Shown here piece after piece: positions 34,483 through 47,947 of a stretch of DNA of 64,000 nucleotides (within the stretch, counting starts at the first letter, position 1; every line of letters begins with the position of its first letter). The notes under the pieces are model-generated. The model saw only the letters and a program-made list of their open reading frames with translations, was not told the origin of the DNA and ran no database searches. A program made the position numbers and the translations under genes. Origin of the DNA: Anthoceros angustus (taxonomy: Eukaryota; Plantae; Anthocerotophyta); contig MU008165.1 in NCBI GenBank assembly GCA_010909165.1, forward strand, positions 1 through 64,000, written 5' to 3'.

Positions 34483-35125
34483 TTTTTTGGGATGGTATGG
34501 CAAATTCGAAGGATCAGCACCCATCCGGGAATGGTGTTTATACTTGTGGCAAGGTCACGATTAAAATTTGGAAAGTATGATTGCAGGATTGGAATCTAGA
34601 ATAGAAGGGTCTTGAAAAGGGGCACACCAGTATTATTAGTAATTATGGCACTATTTTGGGGAATAATACTAGCTTGAAAGCCAAATTCGAAGATCTCTCT
34701 ACCCGGCACTCGGATCTTTCAGATAAATTTGCTGCCCTCTAGACTACCAATGACTCCCTATGCAATGAATTGCAGGAAGCGCAAGCAAATGTTTTGAACC
34801 TCCAAAGTGGGAACTCCATATTGCAAATATCTTTTGATGAATTCAGAGGGATTGAATGCACAATAGGCTGATCTTAAGAAGTCTCTAAATGGGCTAACTA
34901 AGAATATTTGTGAGCATATTAAGATTATTTCTAAGCAAAAAATAATTCCTAAAATAGTACCATAATTACTGACAATATTGGTGTGCCCCTTCTTGAACCC
35001 CTTCATTCTAGATTTTAATTCTGCAATCATACGTTCCAAAATTTTAATCGTGACTTTACCAAAAGTATAAACATCATATCCCAATGGATGCCGATTTCGA
35101 ATTTGCCATACCGGTCCAAAAACTT
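34483..35125. repeat. Imperfect ~180-bp inverted repeat (34483-34665 vs 34941-35125)
   Basis: GGTATGGCAAATTCGAA...GTCACGATTAAAATTT..GTATGATTGCAG...AAGGGGCACACCA.TATT..AGTAATTATGG.ACTATTTT is present in opposite orientations. Confidence 0.85.
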
Positions 35126-35267
35126 GTTGAAAGCCCTTTCCTGAATACTGTACATTGGTGCACCCTTTGGACGGACTGTAGTAGCCACACCCACGCATGT
35201 CGACCGAGCATGCCCACAGCCCGCAAGCCCCCCAACAAACCCGAAACCCTCCCGTGAAGGGAGGGGA

Positions 35268-35395
35268 GGGCCTACTGTCAGGAACTCCAACACGGCCGGG
35301 CCTGCCAGCAGGAACTCCGCACGGCAGGGCCTACTGTCAGGAACTCCACACGGCCGGGCCTGCCGGCAGGAACTCCGCACGGCAGGGCCGGCCGC
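35268..35395. repeat. GC-rich tandem repeat (~29-bp subunits, ~58-bp dimer x2)
   Basis: GGGCCT(ACTGT/GCC.G)CAGGAACTCC..CACGGC repeated four times. Confidence 0.8.
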
Positions 35396-35419
35396 CAACT
35401 CCGCTCCGCACACCGCTCC

Positions 35420-38400
35420 GCCGCAGGAGCTATTGGTACACAGGAAGTAATGAGGCACATAACACGAGGCCAGCGCAAATTGTTTTGCCTTCGGCATCCC
35501 ATAAGTCATGGGGCCATGCCCACTCGCATGTCCACACCATCCCGCACACGTTACCGTTGGACGGCAACAGCTGTGCCGCGCCCATTTGGACGCCCGTTCC
35601 GCCAAACTCCGTCCCTAAGTTGTGCCAGGGCATAGTTATTCCAGGAAAACGAAAACGGGCGGGCAAAACGCTTTGGTTTCAAAACACATGTTAATGAAAG
35701 CCTCCGGACCTTCCTCGCTCAATTACTCGAGTGTGTCACACCAAGCTAGTAATGTGCGTTGCTGATCACGCTATGGGAAGTGGTATGATGGTCCTTGTAG
35801 GTGCGGGAGGCGTGCACGTACGGGAAGTGCTGCGGTGGAGTCTGGATCTCATAAGGAAACCTTGCCATCTACAGAGGTAGCATAACACCCGACGTCAAAA
35901 TGCTTAACCGGCCCCGAGATTAGACTAATTAAATGATCTCTGTGAAGCAATCACAACTCTCGTGAATCGGCGGAGGCGAAACTTACACTTCTTGTGAGAT
36001 GAACTACAAGCACATAGTCATGTCCACCAAGGGTGCATCACTTTGGAGACGGTTGTCAGATCTGGAACCATACGCACAGCAATACCTTATGTATTGTTTT
36101 GGTGTGGTTGGTGACAGGACATTATACTTACGTGCCTCTGCCCTGGACCTGGAAGTCGAAGGAGCAAGGTGGCTTGTGGGGAGAGCAGGAAAGTAGGTTG
36201 TGAGTTTGTGGTTGTTATTACTCAATTGGAGTTGTTTCAAGATATTGCTCAAATCCGTTTTGATCGGTGGCATCATGTGAATGCCTCGTGACTTTTGCCA
36301 TGGATTGTTAGCAGATGCACTCACGTGCTCTTGCTCCTTCTTTATCGCAAGCAAGAGAATGGGTGAAGCACAAACTTTTGTGCAAAACCACTCCATACCA
36401 GATTTTATGTGATCACGAGCGATGTCTATGTTAGGATGCAAGGGGATCCTAACGCTGTCTTACATAGAGATGATTTTCTCTTGCCTAAGGACATACGCAA
36501 CTTGCAGGCTGAGTTGGATGCAAGGACTTGGAGACTCCATACCATTGATGAAGTCAGTGTCAAGCTATGGATTGACATCCACAGGGATATTGTTTTCTTC
36601 CCACCACCTGGTGCTTCGATGGAGGGCACACATTTTACTTTAGGGTTTCAAACAAGATTCTAGGAGGAATGCATGCTTCACTGGGGGCATCAATCCATCA
36701 TTTCAATGGATGCCACATTCGGCACCAACAAGTGGAAGGTTAGATTCTTTGCATTTCAAACACAAGATTGTGGGATTCTGGCTTCCTAACTCGCTGTCTC
36801 TTTATTTCAATTTCAATTGTTCACTTTGCTGGTGTTCGATGATCACCGCAATGGCATACCAGTGGCCTGGGTAGTGACCAGTCAATCTACTGCAGAACAC
36901 ATGGCCATGTGGTTAACGGCTTTGCAAAGGAAATTGCAGTCACTACGGTTAGATTGGCATCCTACGGCTTTCCTTGTCGATGACTGTGCAGCGGAGATAA
37001 AAGCAATTCGGCAAGTATTTGGCAGCACAACTCTTGTGTTCCTCTGTCTATGGCATGTACGGGCGTGGTTGCGGCTCTTGAAGAAAGTCAAGTCCGCAAG
37101 TAACAGGGCAGCCATGATGAAGGCCTTGGGAAATGTTATGTACATGGACATGGACTCAAGGAATGATCTAGCATCAGCCCAGATGAAGCTTCAAGAGTTT
37201 TACGAGGTGTATGGTGCCTCGGAAGCCAGTTTTGTGCATTATTTTCAGCAGCAGTGGGGGGATGTCATGGACATGTGGATAAAGGCAGTAAGGACTATAC
37301 CTCATGCAGGCCAAGACTGCAACTCTTCGATCGAAGCTTATCATCGTCACCTTAAGTACCGTTGTCTCCTCACAAAGAAGAATCTTCGTAGCAGACGACT
37401 CGACTGGCTTTTACATATCCTGACGGACGAAGTGAATGACATTTTTGGTACCAAAGACAATGTAAGCGGAGTGGCATCATTAGGAATAATAAGCAAGAAC
37501 AGGTTGTCAGAAGTGCACTGAACAAAGCATTGGAAATCCCAGAGTCCGATGTATCCCTACCTTGTACTGGGCAACCATATGCTATCGTGAGGAGCGAGAA
37601 TGCAAAGAAGGACAAGGCTTATCATGTGTTTAACGCCGGCTCTCCTTGGGGCAGCTGCACATGCAAGATTTCATCTACAGGGTTTCTTTGTAAGCATCAA
37701 GTGAAGGTCATGATGCTCTTGCAGGAAGTAGTGCCCACAGAAACCCTTGTGGGTATATATGCATCAGTGGCTACTTCACAGGAATCGTATAGACAAGCAC
37801 CTCTATTTTCTGCTGGGGAGGCTGAACTTTGTGGTAGTGTTCGAAACGAGCTGACAATTGTGCATCGTCCTTTGTCACAAGCTGTGGGTGCTGGAACAAA
37901 TGGGATTACGAGAGCTCCTGTCCCCCGCCAAATGAACTTAGCAACTGTTTGGGAAAACATATCAAGTTTAGTGCAGAGGAAACCTGGCATTGAGGCCCAT
38001 GCAGTTGCACTGATACAGGGTGTGTTCCAGCAGTTAGAGGGTGTGGCTGCAGAAGCTGAGGAGAATAGTCTAATGCAGATTCCATACCTCTTGCCAATAG
38101 GCGAAGCGTCCGACAATAGCTTGAAGAGGAAGAAACCGTTTTGGGAAAACAGTCTATCATGGAAACTGCCTCCGAAGGCAAAGCGCCCTACATTTGCTGA
38201 ACAAGCTGCAGGGAAGGCTGCCTTCAGTGAATCGATTAAGTAGAAATGCCGATCCTTGCCGATTGTGCAAAGGCTGGCCACGTTTTTCTTTGCTCACTCA
38301 CCTGCAAACGCGATTGTCGCAATCCATCTTACAACCAGAACTCCGTTGTTTGGGGTCCAAAACACAATACAGACATATCATTCTGTAACCCCTGCATAGA

Positions 38401-39265
38401 CCTTCCATTCAAGATATTGGGCACAGAAATCCGTGAACTGTGCATGCAAAAATCAGCAAAAACCTCCTGCTGCATTCTCGTTCTTGTGCATCCGTTTTTC
38501 AATGATACCGCAAGCATTTGGATGCCAAACCAAAGTACAGACATATCATTCTGTAGCCCGTGCAGAGGGCTTCGATTCGAGATATTGGCCAGGGCATTCT
38601 GCAAATAGTGCATGAAGCGATCTGGAAGAAACTTTCTGCTGCAATCTTGTTGTTATGCATCCGTTTTCCACCCATTCTTGGGGAGTTTGATGTCCGTTTT
38701 CGGCGAGACAAACCCTGAAAGATTCGCTTTCAAGTGAGCTGTGAAACTAGACACCAAACATCAGCCAAGAATTTGACGGGAGCAAGCTTTCTCCCCAAAG
38801 GGTTAAGGCTGCGTGAATGCGTGGAAAGGCTGCGTGAATGCACAACCATACACTACCATTGTGCAGGGGCTGCAAACTGGATCACACTGCCATTGTGCAC
38901 GAAACCTCCTTTCTGTCTCAATCCCAGGCCCCTTGAGTCCGTCGGCTGGAGGCGGGCACAAGCGGCACCCAAGCACTGAAATGGATAGCAAGTAAGGGTC
39001 CTTCATGTCTCGAAACAAAACTAATCCCCCTGGCATAAGTGTACCCTGGCACAACATAGAGACGGCGTGTAAGGGAGCGGGCGTCCAAACGGGCGCGGCA
39101 CAGCTGTTGCTGTCCAACGGTAACGTGTGCGGGATGGTGTGGACATGCGCTGTGGGTGCGAGTGGGCATGGCCCCATGACATATGGGATGCCGAAGGCAA
39201 AACCATTTGCGCCGGCCTCGTGTTATGTGCCTCATTACTTCGTGTGTACCAATAGCTCCTGCGGC
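35420..39265 (+). mobile_element. Mutator-like (MULE) DNA transposon with ~220-bp TIRs and a defective MULE-SWIM transposase
   Basis: TIRs at 35420-35645 and 39029-39265 (GCCGCAGGAGCTATTGGTACAC...). Transposase at ~36200-38243: RDDFL..DIRN, ISMDATFGTNK, LFTLLVFDDHRNGIPVAW, FLVDDCAAE, LCLWHV, SIEAYHRHLK and SWIM CTC...LCKH. In-frame stop at 36661 plus frameshifts. Confidence 0.9.
38358..38670. repeat. ~165-bp subterminal direct repeat (x2) within the MULE
   Basis: TACAGACATATCATTCTGTA.CCC.TGCA.AG..CTTC.ATTC.AGATATTGG...TGCATCCGTTTT at ~38369 and ~38536. Confidence 0.75.
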
Positions 39266-39541
39266 TCCCCTACCGCTCTGGGCACAACCGCCACGGCAAG
39301 TTTACCAACGCAGAACACTGCCGGAAATTCCATGCGAAGTCCCAATCAGATGCTATCGATTTTACCGCCCGCTTCCCTCTCGGACACAGGCTCCGCTCTC
39401 TCAGCCTGAAAGGCCAGCACTTTCCTGAGCATCGCCACGATCCCGCACCCGCGAGCTTGTGTACGTTTGCAAAGGGAGATGTTGAAGGATCCTGAGGCTG
39501 TGCCTGCGGAAGCGTTTCGTATGCCAGCGAGCGATCCAGCG

Positions 39542-41713
39542 ATGGCTGTGGCCGTGAGCATGTCGATTCAGGGAGTAGCTGCCGGGCTGGCAAGCCACAC
39601 GGACTGCAGCAGCGCGCACTCGGTTGGCATCAGGTAGGAGCATGGTTGAGAGGGAGAGGTGGAGGGCAGAGGGGAGGAGCTGAGCTGCCCGATCTTGTCT
39701 GCATGGAATGCGAATTGTGACATTTGCTGCTTGTGGTTCCAGATCTCGGAGGTTGTGTTGTGCCAATCTTTTTATGCTTTGTTTTGATTGCATTTGAGGT
39801 TTGTGGAATTTGGGAAGCGGATTGCTGTATCAAATTGTTTGTTTTGCACAAGCGAGATGAGCTTCAGGGTGCATGTTGGTGTACTGCGCCCTCGGGAGCT
39901 GCGTCCTTGAGCTGGAATGTTTGGTCGTTAGTGAGCAGTGTTCCCATTCGTCCGGCACTGTGTGTGGATGCCGTTGATCAGTGTCTGGTTTTGAGCAGTG
40001 TGACGTGTTGGACACGTTAGTGGTGGATGAAGGTCACAGATGTGGTCATTGAGCTAGGCGGGTGGAGGTTGGTGAGATTTTGGTGCAATTCGGCGGCTTA
40101 GGTTTAGCATAGGCAGCTATACTGCCGCCTTTACTTTTTGTGTGGGGTGGTGTGCGGTTTGATTCCGTGCAGTCTTTCTTAGGGCTTGGATCTGACAGAT
40201 GTTTGATATGACCGCTAGCCTTGTCTGATCGTTTGAGTGTTTTTTACAGGTCGGTGGTATTTTTGAAGTCTTCGAGGAAGCCTGCAATGCAGTCCTTCTC
40301 GGGTCTCAAGGTTATGTCAATGTCGGGTTCCGTGGCTTCTCACGTTGGGGGTGATTCCCTCGTCTCCCTGCAAGCGTCTGTTGAAAGTACGAGGAAGGTG
40401 AAGGCGGTGAAGAACTTGAACATGGGCCAGGCCAGGGGAGCCGCATATAAAGTAGCAGTTCTTGGAGCAGCTTGATCAAGATGTCTCCTCTTGTGTCTCA
40501 CCTCCACCTGTATGATATCGCCAATGTGAAAGGAGTGGTAGCTGATCTGAGCCACTGCAACACTCCTGCCCAGGTATACTCTTAAGCTTTTTGCTTGCCC
40601 TCCATGGGAGTTGATCTACGCTTTTTCTGGATATAATTTGGTCTGACTGATGTTGTGTAACTATCTGGGACACTCATTCACAGGGCGTAGCGAGCTTGGT
40701 GATGCATTGAAGGGGGTAGACCTTGTGGTGATTCCAGCTGGAGTCCCACGAAAACCTGGCATGACAAGAGATGATCTTTTCAACATCAACGCTGGAATTG
40801 TGAAGACCCTAGTGGAAGCTGTAGCTGACAATGCCCCTGATGTAAGTCACCCTTGTTGTGTGAGAACTGCACCGTTCTGGTGATGCTAATGTGTTCTTGA
40901 ACAATTTATTGTTTGGGCTTTGTTTGTAGGCATGGATTAACATCATCAGCAATCCTGTGAACTCCACCGTCCCTATTGCTGCTGAGGTTTTGGGCAAAGG
41001 GAACATATGATCCAAGAAAGCTTTTTGGTGTGACAACTCTTGATGTCGTTCGAGCCAACACTTCTGTTGCTCAGAGGAAGAACCTGAGACATCTAGATGT
41101 TGACGTTCCGGTTATTGGTGGCCATGCCGGCATTACAATTCTTCCTTTATTATCGAAGACCAGACCTAGGGTTGAGTTCACCCCAAAAGAGACTGAAGAG
41201 CTGACAGTAAAGATCCAGAATGCTGGCACAGAAGTTGTGGAGGTGAGCTTGTGTCTGATGTGCTGACCACTAGCAACACTGTTAAACCCAGTTAGAAGAT
41301 TATCTCCTTCAAGAGATTCTGAAGAATCCACATTTTCTGTTGCAGGCAAAGGCTGGGCCAGGCTCTGCAACTTTATCCACGGTAAAGGCATTGCCCATGT
41401 CTGCAGTTTAGGTTTCCAGGGGAGGTTCAGACAGCGTTGAGTAGGGCTATGTTTGGAAGTCTTGACTTGTCTCTGGTGGGTGATCCGGTTCAATCTTCAG
41501 GCATACGCCGCTGCAAGATTCGCAGAATCATGCACCCGGGCTCTTGATGGGGATGAGGATGTCTATGAGTGCACATATGTCCAGTCCGAGGTAAGCCATC
41601 CTTTCCTGCGGGTGAACCGCGCAGTGTTTCTGAATCTAGCACACAACCTGAATGCACGCAACGGAGCTTCCTTTCTTTGCATCTCGAGTGAAGCTGGGAA
41701 AGAAGGGAATTGA
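39542..41713 (+). pseudogene. Plastid-type NAD malate dehydrogenase pseudogene (intron-containing)
   Basis: Transit-like exons, then [93 protein letters not shown] and [13 protein letters not shown]. The GGIGQPL loop is deleted, there is a frameshift at ~40992 and the C-terminus is missing. Confidence 0.88.
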
Positions 41714-42440
41714 GCAGCATTGAAAAGGGTATTAACTTTGATCGCCATCCCTGAGGACGAGATAGGTCTGTCCTGTAGTTGTCGCCCTGCTATGCCACCA
41801 TTGCAGTGCCTGAGATTTTGCAACCAGATTTTGCTCCTGTACACTTGCACATTGTTTTAGGTTTGGTACGCTCCGTATTCCTTTATTTATTGCCTCAAGT
41901 GAGAGGACGCCATGAGTTTGGCCACGTTTGTCCACGTATCGCCAGTTCCGCCAGTTTCGCCGATTCCCTGGGATCAACGTGTACGCTTACCGTTCTTGGC
42001 GAGAAGTGTTCTAGACTCTTGTTTCTCCTCTCCTCTCGAGACTGCTCCCCTGCCTACTGCGGCACCTGGACTCCTTGTAAGTTATTCACAGGCTGTCGCA
42101 GCGGATGCTTCGACTTGTGCTTTTTTTGAATCCAGCTTGTCTCCCAAGGAGTCCAAGCTGAAGGCGGAAAGAGCTTGTGGAAGTCTAAGTGCGTATGCAG
42201 CGTTTTCCACTCCTGACCAATTTTACGATCCTTTTGCCTTTGCGCTGGATGAACATGTTGTTTGTTCGCGGGCGGAGGGATGCACATGCAATCACGACGG
42301 AGTTTAATCAGAATACATTTGATCAAGTACCTAGCAGGAGCGCACAGGGCTGCGTCTCAAAGTTCACCCGGTTCGGGTGGAGTGTGAAAGCTTGAAGTTG
42401 ACACGTCTAAATGTGTCCGGGGCGAGAAGCTAGTGTAGCT

Positions 42441-44484
42441 CTATAACCCCTGTATTTGAATATTCAGTCTCCGTAGCCATACGGAGTGTAGGATCATGTG
42501 GAAGACATCATACCTTTGTGGAGGTTGATTGAATAGAAAATGCTGCTGAACTCGTCTCACGTTCTCCTGCATATTTTGGTATTCTGTTTGAGATACCTTC
42601 TCCAGGGCCTCTCTCAAGTTTGGGATATCCCGTTCAGACAGATGAATAGAGAACGACTTCCAATTCAGAACGTCACTGAAGGGAAGCACAAAGTGGTCGG
42701 CAATAATAACCGGTACACAGTCGTTGTAGATGGCTTCTACTATTCTCGGACTGTTCACTTCATACCCGCCAGGGCACAGACAAAACTTGCTGTGCTTCAT
42801 GAAGTCGTGATAAGATTTGTCTTTCGGAAAGTTTTGAGATCGAAAGACTGGAACATCTGGATCTTTTTCCTCCCAGTGCTCAAACAGTACCGGTCTCACA
42901 GGACCATGCTCCGCACCCGAGAAGAATGCCAGATAATTGCGATCCGCCAAGGAAGGTCCACCAAGCTCCGCAGGTATACCACCTCCTATAAGGTTTATCT
43001 CTGGAAGGCTGACATCCTTCTTGCCAACGTATCCTTCACTAGTGTTGGCGTTGCATATTACTCGAATAGCATTATGTTCCAAATCCCTGTGCACCCTTGA
43101 GATATGGGGACCCTGTTGGATACAGAAGAACGGTATCCCACAATGTCAGAGGCAACCACACGGATGGCACCCTGCCTCCTGGACCACACTACAGAACACT
43201 GCATCTGCCTGCCCCGTTCAGGAGGCTTCGATTAGGAAAATGCCTGATACGATTAGGTCAAGTGATCTCAGAACAGGGTGATGGTACTTACCCAATCGTG
43301 ACAAGTGAGCATGAAATGATCTGCACCGGAACTCTGATTCCAATAAGGGTGCCTCTGGGATATCACTTCAATGTAGTCCTTGACAAACCGTTGAAGAGGA
43401 GAAAAATCATGGGACTCCGATCTGTACAGATAGGTGACCATCATTGCCACACTGAAAGGTAAAAAGAAAGCATGAGCCTGTTCCGCATCCTTTGTGAGGA
43501 ACGGATTGTCCCCTTGCAATTCCTGGATAAAGCGTCCTTCAACTGCATATATTTCTTTGCAGGGTCCGTTGTGCACCAAGGGTTCCTCTCCCTCCTCATA
43601 CGCATAGATTTTGAACCTTTTCTCCATTTCCGTGTAGCTCCTGGGAATGAATACAAGCGTGCATGAGCTCTTGCACCGGCCTGCAGATTCTCAGTATCAG
43701 GTGAAGTGGAAACTAGACAGGGCAGAAAGCGTACTGGTGAAAAAATGCTGCGTTTATGTAAGCATTTCCGGAAGGCACATATTCTCCAGCTCCTGTTTTC
43801 TTTAACTTTCCTCCCTTCACAGCTTGGCGAATTGAAGCTCGAGCTCTCCTGAGGCTCTGTTCAATTTTCTCTAAGCTCGTTTGCTCCTGCAGATCCCCCA
43901 AAGTTAGAAACTTGCGAAGACCAAACAAAATCGTGGTTCACTAGCATTGCTTAGCCTGTGTGACAAAAAGCTGGAATACCAATAGATGTCACCTTAGGGA
44001 GCACTGATGCGGGAGCTGGTGCGACAGCAGGTGGCGCTGTCGGGGCAGGTATCCTCAATTTCTCCGCTTCGTCTGGCCCTGGGCTTCCGACTTCGCCCGC
44101 CACTACGTGTTGCAAGATCTGTTCCTGTTGTGGAGCGGGTGAAGAATCTTCTGGAGGAGGTGCCTTGGCATCATCGGTTTCTCTCTCCACAGCTGTAGAG
44201 TCATGCTTCCCTTGTGCCTCTTCTGGCAAATTCAATGTTGAGCCAGCCACGGGGTTCTCACCTGCTGCAGTCTCTGGATAGGCAAGTATCACATGGTGAT
44301 TTTCGGAGGATTTCCCATGCAATTCCTCGATGGCAGACGAGCTAAGAGGACCAGAAATTTGTTTCCAACGAATGGCAACGTCACGCCAGTCGTGAAAATC
44401 AAATACGGAGAAGCCAATAAGCAGACAAATCACTACCACTATCGTCGAACGAACAGTACAGCTTGGATCACCCCAACGTCTCAT
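42441..44484 (-). CDS. Exostosin-family (GT47) glycosyltransferase, type II membrane, 4 exons
   Basis: N-terminal TM (IVVVICLLIGFSVF), [87 protein letters not shown] and DVFHMILHSVWLRRLN. Confidence 0.95.
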
Positions 44485-46210
44485 TGTAATAGCTAGACGC
44501 CACTCAAGAATCTGCTGCCCAGGTGGAGCCGCCACGCGTCATGCCGTCCCCTAGCTCCTGCGGGCCGCGATGCGCGCTGCGCGTGCTTCCTCTTGCGTTA
44601 ACTTCTGCGTGGATCGCAGCAATTGTTCCATCTGGCGACCTGTTCCAAGCTCCTCCTCGCGATCCGTCGCAAAAAAGCAGCCGGGAACCTAGAGTTGTGG
44701 CCTGTTCTGACCACGTGAGCCGCCGGCATCACCTTTCCATGATAATGCAACCGAGCTACCACTCTCGCGGATCTCACTCCCATGAAGCGCAAAGAAAAAC
44801 TGGCAGGGGGAAGAGGGACAGGAGGAAAGCCAGAGAGCGATTGGACAGAGGATCAGCTGAAGAAATCAAGAAAGACTTGCATACAATCTTGAACTGGCGC
44901 AAATCCTTGCACAGCAAGCCAGGGGCACCTCTTCAAGAGAGTCTCTCTTGAAAGCTCCCCAGTTCTCTCTGCGCAAAGGAAGACTCAGCAGCTTCAGGAT
45001 CCACTCGCACAATTGGAAAATTGCATCCATCACCAGCAGAAACAGCTCTTGCAAGCATCAATGAGGAGTTCAGAACAAGCCAACACACAAAGCCACAAGA
45101 GGTGAATCGACGAAATCCCTACGGTGCCCTCTCCAAATCTAGACTCTTCAAGCTTGACATTCTGCATGACATCACATTCAGCCCCATATCGTTCTCCAGA
45201 AGGTAAGCAATTCTCCAGAATTGCTCCCGAATGAGAATTTCAAGCCTACCATTGCACCAAGGTTGGGAGGACACCTAATTCATCCTTACAAGAACTAGAG
45301 CGTCAAATGCACCATCGCAGAAGAAGGGCCAGAATTGAGCAGCAAAGCCTTGATTATACTGTTACACCACAAGCAAGCAGAGCAGAGCAACAGGTGGAGG
45401 GAACTCGGAAGCGCAGAAACAGAAGCGGCATAGTCGGCGGCCAAGAACAGGCCGCTCTATACCCCCTCGAACCCGAGTCAACCTAACCTTGTCCCTGGTT
45501 ATCCTATTTGCAGGAACCGAGTGGTACATATGTCAGAAACTTATAAAGAGTTAACTAACCCGGTTGGAGCACATTAGTGATGGCAGGAGCTTCGAAATTT
45601 AATACGCGCATGCACGTGTCCTGCCTGATGCCTGATCTTCTTGAGCGTCTAATGAAGCTCGCTTCCAGGCGTGCAGGCTAAAAATCCAAGTACAACAGCA
45701 TAGCACAGATATAATTTCAATCCAAGTACAACGCGAAATAAACATCAGAGACAGCCTGATATAGCATCATAGCTCCATGCCACAAGCAGTGGCACAATGT
45801 AAGCCAGGCACGTGTCTCTGGAGGTGCTGTGAAAGCGTGTAGAAGTGACTAATGCACTGTTGTCTTTTACCAACCAAGCAAATACAAACCTACCCTCCTT
45901 GAATGCTTAGGTACGCCGGAAGTCCACTCCTGGACAAACTTGATGGAACAGCAAAGGTCCCTGGGCCCCGGGAGGGGAACAGTAGATTGCATACAGGTGT
46001 CGAGACTGGTAGCAACAAAATCCCACCCGTCCTGTCCTCTGTTCGGATTCAAATGAGGTTGCGTGCTGAGGACCCAAGCTGCTTGCGTGCTGAGGACCCA
46101 CTCCTTCCCTCAGCAGGTGGAAAGCTCTTCTTCTGAACACTTGTAGTGTAATGGATCTGCTTTCCGTCTTTGTGGTGAGGTTGAAACTTCGTGGGAGTGG
46201 CCCATAGTAG

Positions 46211-47947
46211 CTATGGAGGAGTGTGGTCAGACATGAGCATAACCGTGGCAAGCATGGCCACAGCAGCAGTTTCAACTCGCAAGCGTCGAGGGCCAAGTCC
46301 AACAGGCTTTGCACCAGCTGCTACTAGATATGAAATCTCCTCTTCTGTGAAATCTGCAAGTCACCAAATCAGATTAGTCTTCCCTGGTGCACTTGAGACT
46401 GAGTGAGGCACACCATAGCTTGTCCACAAAGGCTGCTGGATGGCTTGGCAGGAGCACCTCCTTCAGGCCCGACTAGGAGCAGTCCTTCATGAACTGGTGT
46501 TTCATGAATCGTTGCAGCTAATGGCGGTGCCCCTGCTACTGCCAGCAAGGCAAGTTGAGACTTGGCAACCTGATGCACAAGTCGTCCACTGGCTTAGCGA
46601 CTCAACGAGACAAACCCCTGCCCTCGAAAAACCGATCTCAATGATGATGCAGATAATGCGGATCTTACCTCGGGCAGAAAGGAATGAAGCTCGATAGGAT
46701 CCCTCAAATCCAGCGAATGCAGTCTCTGACCTGAAGCAAAAGGTCTTGTTGCATGGAACTTAGCAGCGGCAGAAACTCAACAAGGATCGTGGTTGTGACA
46801 GCCTTCCACGAACGTGACAATCACTTACATTGCTTAGAAGCAGCCTGAACAATGCGCACCCAACGGTCCTTCCGTCCCGTAACGGTGGATCTTTGAGTCA
46901 CCAAGGGTGTAACAGACCTTGCTCCAAGCTCCTGTTCCACAACAACAGAACCAGTCATGACACAACATCCTAGATCCCAGGCACGGAGTTAGGTCACAAG
47001 ACACTTACTGTGCACTTTTCAACCAGCCAGTCAGCACGGCCCCCCTTCAGAGAACCTGAATCCAAACAAAACTTCAACCATGTCACTTCTATTCACTGCA
47101 AGCCAGAACGTCACACAATCTGGTTACAAGGCAGATGATCCCACCAAAAGCTGCAGCCACATGCCAGCTGGGTCCAGTCGGTGGAAGAACACGAGGCTGC
47201 CCCACCGCAGCAACATCAACACCTTGACGGTCCACACCGACTAGACAAGCCTCCACAACACCTCCTCGACCATCAAATAACTCCACCCTGAGGCCAAAAC
47301 AAGAACAAAACAAACTGAAAACCTACACCCGCAAGCCAGCTGCCAGCCTCGGCCCTCCATGGCCACACCAGGAACACGTGTACCTGTCATCAACCTTCAA
47401 TCTCAGTACCTTTGCCATATGCCAAAACTCATCACCCGCCACTCGCACAACCACCCCCTGCCAAGACATCAACATCCATCACCGACAAAGTCCAAACACA
47501 AGGAGCTAACGCTTGCTTCAGTTTCACACCCTCCAAGCAAAGAGTTACCTTGGAGGCTGGGAGTATGTCCAACTGAAACCTGGGAAGCCCGCCCCGTGGC
47601 TTGTCGGGACTGACATCAATCTCCATCCCCTCACAAAACGACCTCACCTGCATTTTCATCATTCAGCTTTAGGTCCACTCCAGCTCCAGCTCCAGGGAAA
47701 TAGAAATGTAAGTGAGACGGAAGCTCGTCAGCTACTCCCAGTGAATCCCAATGCAAAGCAGAAACAAGGAGAACGAGCAGGAACTTGTACGTACCTCCTG
47801 TTCAGGATGCGTGAGCCACGCAAGTCGTCCTCCAAATACGCTTTTCGAGAGACTGCAATGCTGGAGTGATGCCAGACCACAAGGCCTGCAGAGATGCAAC
47901 GCCCGACCGTCCCGCACTGCCAACATTCCCACTCGTACCCCAAGCAT
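46211..47947 (-). CDS. rsmE: Organellar RsmE-family 16S rRNA m3U1498 methyltransferase (SPOUT), multi-exon
   Basis: Exons encode RGGLPRF..ILPASK / EFWHMAKVLRLKVDD / RVELFDGRGG..WHVAAAF / GSLKGGRADWLVEKCT / ELGARSVTPLVTQRS / QRLH / GLLLVGPEG / DFTEEE..VGLGPRRLRVETAAVAMLA. Start at 47947 or 47926 is uncertain. Confidence 0.88.

Noticed and set aside
44850-45560. Coding-like stretch upstream of the exostosin gene
   Set aside because: Stops in all frames and no identifiable motif.
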